A stretch of DNA of 64,000 bases, taken from Octopus vulgaris (Eukaryota). The position numbers were made by a program, and so were the translations under genes. Under the pieces are notes generated by a model. That model was not told the origin of the DNA and did not search any database. It saw only the letters and a list, made by a program, of their open reading frames with translations. Below are positions 38,216 through 49,850 of the stretch, in pieces. The stretch covers positions 190,836,001 to 190,900,000 of the forward strand of contig OX597814.1 in NCBI GenBank assembly GCA_951406725.2, in the 5' to 3' direction. The first letter of the stretch is position 1, and every line of letters begins with the position of its first letter.

Positions 38216-39601
38216 AATGTGAGATAATAGTTTCACTATGTATATATTATATAGATAGTGTAACTATTAAAAATGAAACTATATCTCACATTACAATAGA
38301 GATGTTATTGTTTCACTTTTGACACACAATTCTGAAACAGATTAAGAGATTACTCACGGCTTGCATTTAGCAAGAATTCGAAAATTTTGGCCCATGACAG
38401 TCCATGGACCCCAAGTAGTGCATGTGTAAAATTTGAATGAAATCAGTTGGGTAGTTCTCAAGTTTTAGTCATGCACACACACACACACACACACACATAC
38501 ATACAGACAGGCAGATACACATTCTCAGTTTTATATATATATATATATATATCACGTGATCATGTGACCGACCAGACCATCAGATGTTGTTACACATCGC
38601 TGGTCACAATGCGTTTTGCATTGTTTTAGCCTTCGAATGACGCCACCTCGCTGGCTAAGCGAGCAGGCCAATAGAAGAAAGAGTGGGAGAAAGAGTACAG
38701 CAGGGATCACCACCCCCTGCCGGAGCCTCGTGGAGCTTTTTAGGTGTTTTCGCTCAATAAACACAACGCCCAGTCTGGGAATCGAAACCGTGAGTCCGCT
38801 GCCCTAACCACTAGACCATTGCGCCTCCACATATATATATATATAGACAGATAATTGGCAGAGGTTACAGGGTCATTCAGGGGTCAAGAGCTATACACAT
38901 TGGCACTTATTGATAAGTGCTAAAGAATGAAATTCTTGACCTTTCAGTCACTCTGTAGCTTGAGTTTATATATATATGTATGTATGTATATATATATACG
39001 TATATCATATACACACACATCCATATATATACATAAATATACATATATATATAATTGAGACACAGTTGAATTAAGTGCTTAAGTTGAAGCATCAAGTCAG
39101 TCTGGTATTATCTGCACCAGCTCATAGTAAGGTGAATAAAATCTAAATAAGCAACAGGAGATCAAGTAGTAATGCAGTACAACCATTTCAAGCAGCTCCA
39201 TTTAATTGAACAATGCAATCATTACATCAAATTGAATACATTTTATTGCACCCGCAGTCTGATATACTTGTATGTACAGAATATAGTAAATTTTTCAATT
39301 ATAAAATTTATATAATATTCATACGCCTATTTGCAACATAGGTCGAGTTTCCACTACGACTTAAAACAATTAGACTTGGACAAAAAAATGCCCAGTAGTT
39401 GCCATTTGAATGGAAATTTTGTTTGCACTATAAAACACATATTGCTTGGTGTGTACCACCCCCTTGAGACCCAACTACACTCTAGGTGAAAAATGTAGAA
39501 TACCTCATAAGTATTTAAACATCCTAAATTCAGTGGCAGCGTTAATGAAGATGTTACATGTTAATATAGGGTGTTACACTTATCTTTATTAATGTTTATC
39601 A

Positions 39602-39648
<47 letters not shown>

Positions 39649-39797
39649 TGAGACACAGTTGAATTAAGTACTTAATTTGAAGCATCAAGTCAGTCTGGTA
39701 TTATCTGCAGAGCTCATATTAAGGTGAATAAAATCTAAATAAGCAACAGGAGATCAAGTAGTAATGCAGTACAACTGTTTCAGGCAGCTCCATTTAA

Positions 39798-40058
39798 TTG
39801 AGTTTTAGGCACTGGAACAAAAGAAAAGCAACAAAATTATCTGATCGTATTTGGTCTTTAAAAGATAAAGGTGTTGATTATAACATCCATTGGAAGATTT
39901 TGGCCAAATGTAAGCCCTACACCAACGGCAGCGGAAGGTGCGGTCTATGCGACATGGAGAGATGGCTTATCTGGAAAAGCAGCTTAGACCCTACTACATG
40001 TCTAAACTCAAGGACAGAACTTTTCGGATCATGCCCACATATGACTAAATTTTTGTGA
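39798..40058 (+). mobile_element. Penelope-like element, C-terminal GIY-YIG/zinc-binding fragment
   Basis: SFRH....ATKLSDRIWSLKD...YNIHWKILAKCKPY.NGSGRCGLC..E..LI......CLNSRTELFGSCPH..KFL. Confidence 0.75.
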
Positions 40059-41177
40059 CGTTTTTGGTCCCCTAAAGAAAACAGATAGAACTTGCTTTCT
40101 ATATTATGTCCCAAAAAGTTGTTTATCTCATTATACCTTTTATTATTTCATATATATTTTTATATTTTCACACATTAATTTTTTCTGTACTTTTCTATCC
40201 TGCATTTTTTCCTGTGCCTATATAGATGTGTATATAGATTCATTTGTACATTTGTGTGAATATGTATGAGTGGGCAGTTTTAGATGTGTGCGTGTGTGCG
40301 GGCATAAGAATGCACATATATATATATATAGACGTTTTTACTTAGTATTTTTCCATTTTTTTGGGGGGGGGAGACATATGTATATTCATTTTTTGTACAT
40401 GCGTGTGTATGTATGCGTATATAAATATGTGCGGGTATGTACATATATGGGCATGTGTGTGTATGAGTGCATAGGGGCTTGTCCGTATATGAACGTGGTT
40501 TTTATGCTTTGTTACCTTTAACCATGGTTTTTCTTGTGCTTGTGCGTATATAGACATATGTATGAACTTTTACGGTAGGCATGTGTGTGTGTATGAGTTT
40601 GTATATATATGCGTCGTCCGCCAGCCTCGTCTGGCACCTGTGTCGGTGACACATAAGAAAACACCATCCGAGCGTGGCCGTCTGCCAGCCTCGTCTGGCA
40701 CCTGTGTCGGTGGCACATAAAAAACACCATCCGAGCGTGGCCGTCTGCCAGCCTCGTCTGGCACCTGTGTCGGTGGCACATAAAATCACCCACTACACTC
40801 TCGGAGTGGTTGGCGTTAGGAAGGGCATCCAGCTGTAGAAACACTGCCACATCTGACTGGCCTGGTGCAGCCTTCGGGCTTCCCAGACCCCAGTTGAACC
40901 GTCCAACCCATGCTAGCATGGAAAGCGGACGTTAAACGATGATGATGATGATTAGGCGAAAAATGTGAGTGAAGATGTGTACGTTTTCATAGTGACGTAT
41001 AAGTACGCACGTGGGTCCGCGAGCAGAATTATAACACAGTAATTTCCCTTTATATAACGGTATTTTTTCATAGCGTTTTTCAGATGGCCAGATAAGCGAA
41101 GAGATGGTGTTGTGGATTTCCACTTCGGCATCTGAAACTCAGAGTTTTATCTTGACTATTGAGTAAATGTAACATAT

Positions 41178-41208
<31 letters not shown>

Positions 41209-41291
41209 CACAAGATTTACACAAATATAGAGTTAGAACTTGTGATCCACCAGCGAACCTTTATCTTTGGAAATTTTTGCTGGCTATACTA

Positions 41292-41856
41292 TTGGGTTGT
41301 GCGGAAAGTGTGTGCCAATTTTTAAAGGAAAGAAAAGGGTCAATAACTACTTGCCATAACATTTTTAATCAACAAATTTGAACCAGTATGTTGTACAATG
41401 CGTCATCATCTTTCCATTAACTTGAAAATACCCTCTTCCCAGAATTGAGGTGGTTTCATGGCAAAGAATTCATCAGGGTATCTTTTTACATCATCCAAGG
41501 AATTGAAATTTTTACCTTTAAGACTATTCTGCAGAGACCTGAATTAGTGGAAATCCAAAGGAGCAATATCTGGTGAATAAGGAGGGTGGGGTAACACATC
41601 CCAGCCGAGCTGCAACAATTTTTGTGTGGTTCCCAAAGCATCAAATTCCGAAAATGAACTTCCTTCTCTTCCATTTTAAAGGGTTACAAAATTAACACAG
41701 GTTACAGGAACATAAACCTTCTTCCATGAAAAGATAGCTTAAACTGTGCTTTAAATGGAGGTGTAGTCAAATCCTATTTTATGGGCTCAACCATATTCTA
41801 AAATAAGTCGAAAGGTAAGCTACTATAAATCGGCACAAACTTTCCGGACGACCCAA
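41292..41856 (-). mobile_element. Internally deleted mariner element with both TIRs
   Basis: TA-TTGGGTTGTGCGGAAAGT ... ACTTTCCGGACGACCCAA-TA; remnant VLPHPPYSPDIAPLDFH*FRSLQNSL. Confidence 0.88.
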
Positions 41857-42255
41857 TAAAAAGTTTCCCCACCTCTTGTTTAAAGGAGTGTCATATAGGT
41901 ATGGCTGTGTGGTAACAAGCTTGCTTCCTAATTCCATGCTTCCACATTCAGTTCCACTGTGTGACACCTTGGGCAATTGTCTTCTACTGTATCCTCAGGC
42001 TGACCAAAGCTTTGTGAATGGATTTGGTCAATGGAAACTGAAAGAAGCCCATTAACCCCAGAATTTATTTTTTGTAGGCTTTGTACTTATTCTATCATTC
42101 TCTTTTGCTGAATCGCTAAGTTATGGGAATGCAAACACACCAACATCGATTGTCAAACGATGATGGGGAGACAAACACAGACACAAAAACACACATGCCT
42201 TTGGATTTAATTATCTCTTAGAGGTTTTAAACTCCACTAACTGATACCTACACAA

Positions 42256-42286
<31 letters not shown>

Positions 42287-43899
42287 ATATCATCATCATC
42301 ATCAGTTAGCGTCTGCTTTCCATGTTAGCATGGGTTGGACGGTTCAACTGGGGTCTGGGAAGCCAGAAGGCTGCACCAGGCCCAGTTTGATCTGGCAATG
42401 TTTCTACGGCTGGATGCCCTTCCTAACGCCAACCACTCCGTGAGTGTAGTGGGTGCTTTTTACGTGCCAGACGGTGCTGACAAACGGCCACGGTCAGATG
42501 GTGCTTTTTACGTGCCACCGGCACGTAGGCCAGTCGGGGCGGCGCTGGCAACAGCCATGATCGGATGGTTCGCTTACGTGCCACCGGCACTGGTATCACA
42601 GCTGCAATTTCCATTGATGTTGATCGACTTCGATTTTGGTTCTGCTTTCTCCAACAAATTCCAGATAAATCACCAACATCTGGATGTATCTTTGTGAACA
42701 ATAACTCTGTACTTGAATGGACTATGGTACCCAAACAATGACTATAAGATGGCTTTTGCAGGTGGCATTATCAAGTTAGTCATGGCTTGGGCCAATTCTG
42801 GTCAAAACTTAAGTAATACATGTATCTAAGTATACAAGCGCACACATATGGAAGCAGGCATACATACTTACATACATACATATATATATATATATATACA
42901 CAGATAAATAAACAAATGGAAGTAAATAACTATACACATTTTTTTAATTATTATTACTATTATTATTATCATTATTATTATACATACATAATAATAATGA
43001 TGATAATAATAATAACAATAACAATAATGATAATATATATACACAATGGGCTTCTTTCATTTTCTGTCTACCAAATCCACTCACAAGGCTTTGGTCGACC
43101 CGAGGTTATAGTAGAAGACACTTGCCCAAGGTGCCACGCGGTGGGACTGAACCCAGAACCATGTGGTTGGGAAGCAAGCTTCTTACCACACTGCCACTCC
43201 TGTACCTATGTAAAATATTTCAAATTTTTGCCCATCTTTTGCCTCTTGTCTGCAAGCATAAAGTTACCCCTTAGGGTTCTTTGCCTTGCAAACTGCATGA
43301 GGGCCTCACTAATACTGGTGGCTTGAAGAAACAGTCAGTGGTAAAGCATTAGGAAGAACCTTAGGCTGTGGAAACCAGACCAAATCAGTCACTGGAACAT
43401 GTTGCAATCCTTGGGCCCATTGTATATTACTCTTTTACTCATTTCAGTCATTTGACTTTGGCCATGCTGGAGTACCGCCTTTAGTCAAGCACATCAACCC
43501 CGGGACTTATTCTTTGTAAGCCTAGTACTTATTCTATCGGGCTCTTTTGCCGAACTGCTAAGTTACGGGTACATAAACACATCAGCATTGGTTGTCAAGC
43601 AATGTTAGGGGGACAAACAGACACACACATACATACGTATATTTTTAATTTATTTAATTTAATTTAATTTAATTTTTTGGCTCAAAAAGCAAAAGCAAGG
43701 CCATGTAGGGGGACATGGAGTTATGTACAGGGAGGGTGTTCATACAAAGAGTTCAGGCCATATATATATATATACGACGGGCTTCTTTCAGTTTCCGTCT
43801 ACTAAATCCACTCACAAGGCTTTGGTCGGCCCGAGGCTATAGTAAAAGACACTTGCCCAAGGTGCAAGCTACTTACCACACAGCCACTCCTTATATAAG

Positions 43900-44890
43900 A
43901 TTTGGTAAAGAAGCAAGTCAATCCTAAAACAAAGGATTGACCTGGGTGCAGAAGTGATACCATGTTGCTTTTGGCGATAATCTCACAAGTCAGGAGAGAT
44001 CAGTGATAGAGTGCATTCTTGTCAAGAAGAATCTAATTCGTTGTGCTCCACAGATCTGGTTGCTTTTGCCAAAATGTCCTCCATCGAATGCTTCAAAACA
44101 TCACAGTAGGGCTCTAGATTGACGGTCTGGTCCTGGGAAATGAATTCTTGATGCACAATACCACATTTCTGGGGCTGATGCTTGTGACAGGTCTTCCAGA
44201 TTGCTCATCATCTTTCAAGAATATTCTTCCACTTCTAAAGTGCCTGTGCCACTTGAAACATTGATGCATTTGACTCATTGCCTTGTCACTATGACCCTGT
44301 CATCTGGTCATCGAATCTAAATAGAGACTTCAAACTTGAAATCTTCAAAGCCACAGTCGAACCAATTCTACTATATGGCTCAGAAACCTGGACATTATCA
44401 AAGAAGCTTGAGAGGCGGTTGGATGGAACCCACACTCTCCTCCTTATGAGAGCTCAAAATCTCTCGTGGAAGCGTCATCCAACCAAAATGCAAATATATG
44501 AGAAACTACCACCTGTGTCATCTCTTGTGAAAGGTAGGAGAGTCCAGTTTGCTGGACATTGTTGTAGAGCTGAAAACGAGGGAAGCCATCTGCTCATGAT
44601 ACCAGAGGGTGCACACTCTCCTACCCTGATGTAATCTCCAGGGATACAGGTATCCAGCAACAGGTCCTCCGTAATGCTATGATGGACCGTGAAGTCTGGC
44701 GTAGCATGGTAAATTCCATTGTCTCGACCACGGTTGAACAATGATGATGATGATGATGATGACCCTGTCAAAGCATGCTCAACGTCCCAAGTTTAATGCA
44801 AAATTTCACGTTGGCTCTTTGTTCTTGTCAAGGACAAAATCACAGACTACAGCATCCATGTGATCACAAAAACATAATTTTCACAAGATT
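43900..44890 (-). mobile_element. Degenerate mariner fragment interrupted by an RTE insertion
   Basis: Minus-strand GIVHQEF..QDQTVN...YCDVL motif at about 44090-44165; sequence resumes after the RTE TSD. Confidence 0.6.
44303..44760 (+). mobile_element. 5'-truncated RTE-clade LINE with (GAT)n tail and 12-bp TSD
   Basis: FKATVEPILLYGSETWTL...RR.QFAGHC; TSD ATGACCCTGTCA at 44291-44302 and 44759-44770. Confidence 0.88.
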
Positions 44891-45094
44891 AGGAACGCTT
44901 AGCTGGAGAGAGACGCAGGGGACAAGCCTGTATGCAAGAACAACCGCTCTTTTACTTAGCTCCGGCGTACATATGTACGTAAATGAGTGTGACTTCGTCA
45001 TCATAGGGCGAGCATGAGTTATGACACATAGATACATGTGTGCGTACATACATAGATGACCAGCAAAAAATATTTCAACTACATCAATATATGT

Positions 45095-45310
45095 CAACTG
45101 AGAGGAAGTATAACAAACACAAAATTGTTGTTGAGATGTTACTTCCTGTGAAGTAAGACGTCCAGATATCTGTGAAGCACTTAGTATAGTGTGATACATA
45201 CGAAGAATAAAACAGGAAATTGATGTACAGTAATAATAGTGTGAAGTGTGTACACACCTATTAATATAAACAATACTTGTCGATAGATGAGAAATATTCT
45301 GTCAGTAAAT
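45095..45310 (+). promoter_or_regulatory. Candidate core/proximal promoter with three ETS-type sites
   Basis: GAGGAAGT 45102-45109, ACTTCCTG 45141-45148, ACAGGAAAT 45212-45220, TATAAA 45265-45270, TCAGT 45302-45306, directly upstream of a consensus splice donor. Confidence 0.35.
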
Positions 45311-45401
45311 GTTAAGATATAGTGTGACTAGTCTTCTTTAAGACAAAGGCAAAACAAGACCACAAAAAGATAGCCATCCCTCAAAGAATGAATTAATTAC
45401 G
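45300..45401 (+). other. Probable 5' (non-coding) exon of the transmembrane-adaptor-like gene; left boundary uncertain (TSS near 45304 or acceptor AG at 45341-45342)
   Basis: Consensus donor ACG|GTAAGT at 45401/45402 in unique sequence; upstream TATAAA (45265-45270) and TCAGT initiator-like motif (45302-45306). Confidence 0.45.
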
Positions 45402-45708
45402 GTAAGTGTATAAGGATTATCTCTAATTAATTTTGTTTTTCTTTCTTGTTTATATAAACGTTTTATACATACACACACACATATATGTATGTATGTGTGT
45501 ATGTATACATATATATGTATATATATGTGTGTGTGTATGTATGCATGTATCTATCTATCTATCTATATATATATAAACTGGCAAAATGACCATTCCGAAA
45601 TATAACAATATATATTAGAAGTATTAGAAGAAATGAGGTACTCAGAAATTTGGATGGTTTTATATTTACAGATATTTATTTATATATTACATGTTTTTAT
45701 ACATCATA

Positions 45709-46100
45709 TTAGCAGTACCGCCCATCGTTGCTCGGGTTTGTTTCGACCCTTTAGAATTGGAATTTTTGAAAAGTAAAAATTTTGCATTATGTAGCTTGTT
45801 TATTCTCTTTAAGTGAACATTTTTCTGGTTGAAATACACCAAAAAATGGTGACACAGCAGTCAAAAAATTGTAAAAAATAGGGATTTTTTAAGAAAAAAA
45901 AGCACCTTTTTGATGTAAATAATTTTTGGTGTTAACATGGTCTGATTTGAATTTTATCTTCTATGGAATGAAGAGCAAGCCTTCTTCTATCATACTCTGA
46001 ATTTTGGTCAACTTATGCCGCAGGGTCTCAGAGAAGATAGTGTTAGTTGAAGGCTACCAAACCTGCTACACACAAACTTCAGCTTTATATATATATATAT
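45709..46100 (-). mobile_element. Non-autonomous Helitron-like element
   Basis: Reverse complement of the cccgagcaacg..gggc.gtactgcta 3' hairpin/terminus seen at 12604-12632. Confidence 0.6.
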
Positions 46101-46933
46101 AGATATATATAATAGGGGAGTTTAGTTCACTGGTGATTTAAACAAATAGGTACACTGGGTAAGTGCTGTAATGGATTATCAGGGTTCTGGATATTTATGC
46201 TGTGAAAATACTTTGCTGTAATACATACAGACTAACATCTATACCCTCTGAAAAATGAACTGTGAACTATATTTCTTTACTCTCTACTCTTTCATTTCAT
46301 TGCTTATTATCTGCAAATTTTCCATGTTTAGATCTTTCATATGTTCTCTATTTGTCTCTGATGATGGAATGCCCCATATTCAGGCATACTTATTTCTTTA
46401 CTGCTCACAAGGGGCTACACACAGAGGGGACAGACAAGGACAGACCTCAGTGCGTAACTGGTACTTATTTAATTGACCCCGAAAGGATGAAAGGCAAAGT
46501 CGACCTTGGCGAAATTTGAACTCAGAACGTAGTGGCAAATGAAATACTGCTAAGCATTCGCCCGGTGTGCTAACATTTCTGCCAGCTCACTGCCTATCAC
46601 TTGGGATATCCCAGTAACAGCTGTAAGACCTCAGCTAATTTAAGAATAATAATGTATATGACTTGAGATGTTTGTTATGCCTTGGCGTTTGTTGTCCTCT
46701 TTCACACACACACATATATATATATATATGTATGTATGTATATGTATGTATATATATATCGGAGTAAGCACATAAATGTGAAACAAGGTGGAAAAAAGAG
46801 TACTCAAATACCAGAGGTAGAGTAATATGCTTTATTTAAAAGCAGCAGAAATGTAACGAAAGCCATTACTCAGAGTTTCATGTGAAATTCTGAGTAACGG
46901 CTTTTGTTACATTTCTGCTGCTTTTAAATAAAG

Positions 46934-47021
<88 letters not shown>

Positions 47022-47272
47022 AATGTAGGATAAAATTCTTTTGAAAAAAAATTTTATCAATGGCCTTCATATCAAAATATACCTTTAAAGGTTAAATTTA
47101 TAAATAACATATAAAATAAGGGCAAAAGAAAAATTCTAATGCCAAATATGCCAAAAAAGACAAAATTGTCTATAGCCATTATAATTTATGCGTTTCGGCT
47201 GCATAAATTATAATGGTTATTGACAATTTTGTCTTTTCGGCATATTTGGCATTAGAATTTTTCTTTTGCCCT

Positions 47273-47338
<66 letters not shown>

Positions 47339-48042
47339 TCATCATATATATTAATCCAAACAAGTGGAGGAATAGAAGAAATGAAGTTGCAAAACCAGAG
47401 AGAATAAATCAGAATTATTTCAAAATTCATTATATCTCAAAATATAGGAATGCACTTGGCTGGTTCCACACGAGATTTTTCGAAAGTGTATAGTGTATGG
47501 ACTTGTGTTGTAAATTATTTCTATTCTGATCATTATTATAAAAATAGTTTGTTTTTAAAATAGGAATCCAGCGATATATATAAACAGCCTCTAAATGTAT
47601 ACATACCATTAAAAGGCATGATGTTATGGAATTGTCTGAGATAAAATCTCTTTATTGACCTGTGTTAAAAACACAATGTATATCAGAGCAAGATAAATGT
47701 TGCTGCAGTGACTCGTGAGAATGACTTTCTTTTGCCTTTCTTGAGACTCATCAATGGCAAGCATTTGTCGCCTGCTTGAACAAAAATTTGTACCTTGATA
47801 TATAGGAAACAGTGAATAAAACATTTACTAGCACTGCTGATGTTTGCCACACTGTGGAAAAATTTGGTAAACACAATGGAAACAGCATTAAATTAAAATA
47901 GTCATCTGTGTATCATACTAAATGTATATGTACTCTTAGAAAGCATAATACTGTGTCTGTTTCATATATTTAGCTTTCTCACAAGCCACTACAGGGTTGT
48001 TATTTCATCTCCCTCTGATATCTATCTATCTCTATCTCTCTA

Positions 48043-48085
<43 letters not shown>

Positions 48086-48092
<7 letters not shown>

Positions 48093-48347
48093 GAAATGAG
48101 GTACTCAGAAATCTGGATGGTTTTATATTTACAGATATTTATTAGTATGTTACATGTTTTTATAAATCATATTTCATATATCATATATAAGTGCTTTCGT
48201 CCATTCTAGTGGAGTCTTCAAATTTGAAGACTCCACTAGAATGGACGAAAGCACTATATATATGATTTATAAAAACATGTAACATACTAATAAATATCTG
48301 TAAATATAAAACCATCCAAATTTCTGAGTACCTCATTTCTTCTAATA
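48086..48347. repeat. Fold-back palindrome (arms about 130 bp, no spacer) embedded in (TA)n
   Basis: ...gctttcgtccattctagtggagtcttcaaa|tttgaagactccactagaatggacgaaagc...; single arms of the family also at 951-1110 and 45624-45708. Confidence 0.9.
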
Positions 48348-48657
48348 TATAATACCTGTACATCATCTCAAAACCTTCTAATATATATATATAAGGTTCA
48401 AACGATGAATAGCTTCGCGTAAACCATAGGTTCGTTTTGTTCTCTTACTTTATTATCATCTTATAATCATCTCATAATAATTACTTTTATGACTTGTATT
48501 ACTACCTCAGTCAATCTAAATGTATATATTTGTCGTTACCTGTCATAAATAGCCTTTTTCTATTTGCAATATGCATTTTTGTTGATTTTTCATATTTTAC
48601 CCTTACATTTCCACGTGTATTTTATATTTTCTTTTCGTAACATATTTCTACTATATA

Positions 48658-48696
<39 letters not shown>

Positions 48697-49765
48697 GTTT
48701 TCAAATGCAGTACATCCATAAATGATGTTGTCTTGGATGAATATTCTTCCTAGTTTCTTCAAATGATTAATTAATGATCGTAATGCTAACATTAACTTCA
48801 GTGGAAAGCTCTCTCACTGTTACAGCTGGATTCCTCGTTATCTTGTCTCCAGTATTTCATTATTGAATTCCAGTTCATCAGGCTAACTGAAATTGCCAAG
48901 TTTGAATTTTTCAAACCTTTTTTTGTTATGTTGTGTCTGGGGAAGAGTCATTTTCTTATTGTGCCTTATAATTTAACACACTCACCGGTAAAATTTCCAC
49001 TTATTTCTTATTTTTATTTTCCTAAAATTTTCATTGTGTCTAGCTTGAAAGTCATAAACACGCCGACGGGAAGTAACATCATTAGGTGAGACAAGCTGAC
49101 TTACAGGTGACGGTCGTTTAGAAAAAGAGCGGGTTAAAACTACGCGCCTTCACTAGTCAGTTAAGGTGAGACAGTGTCATGTGACAACTTGCTGATGCAG
49201 CAGGTATTTAAAGGGAAAAATTTGACAAGACAGTCAGTCACCGGCTGACACTCACTGACGATACATCGAAGAGGCCAGGGAACAGAAGAAAGAAGACATG
49301 CACCCAACACCAGAGCTGAAGACACCTCCGAAAGTAAGGGCCCCACCACGTCAAAATGGTAGAGGAGTAGGGGCCGAAACCGGACGTGGTTCCTCCTGAT
49401 GATGTCTTGAGCTAACTGGATCCTATAAAGGAGCTGTTGTGGTAGCAGACCACGAAACACGGTTGTAATTCCTCCTTCAATAGTCCTGACTCTGTCCGTT
49501 ATTTACACTTTTTTTGTTATTTCTTACATATATACATACATGCATTGCCATCTTTGTTTAATGCCCATGTTTTATGCTGGCATGGGTTGGAAGGTTTGAC
49601 AGGATCTGATGGGATCAAAGACTGCATCACACATCAGTGTCTACTTGGGGGCATGAGGATAGCCTCTTAAGTCATATTTATTGTAATTATTCATTAATGC
49701 TTTGTCTGTTAATTTGCAGAGATTACAAACCATCAATAAAAAAGAAAGAAAACTTGTATTAAATA

Positions 49766-49850
49766 ATGAAGAACTTCCAAACAACACCAATTCTTGAAAG
49801 GAATAATTCAACAGATTCAGACCAATCACATATACTACATTTCCATGCAA
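49766..49850 (+). CDS. Coding exon 1 of a 161-aa single-pass membrane protein (exon spans 49720-49850): MKNFQTTPILERNNSTDSDQSHILHFHA
   Basis: Acceptor tttgtctgttaatttgcAG| (49718-49719); ATG 49766 with in-frame TAA at 49760-49762 upstream; donor CAA|GTAAGT at 49851; phase 1 fits the next exon. Confidence 0.6.
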
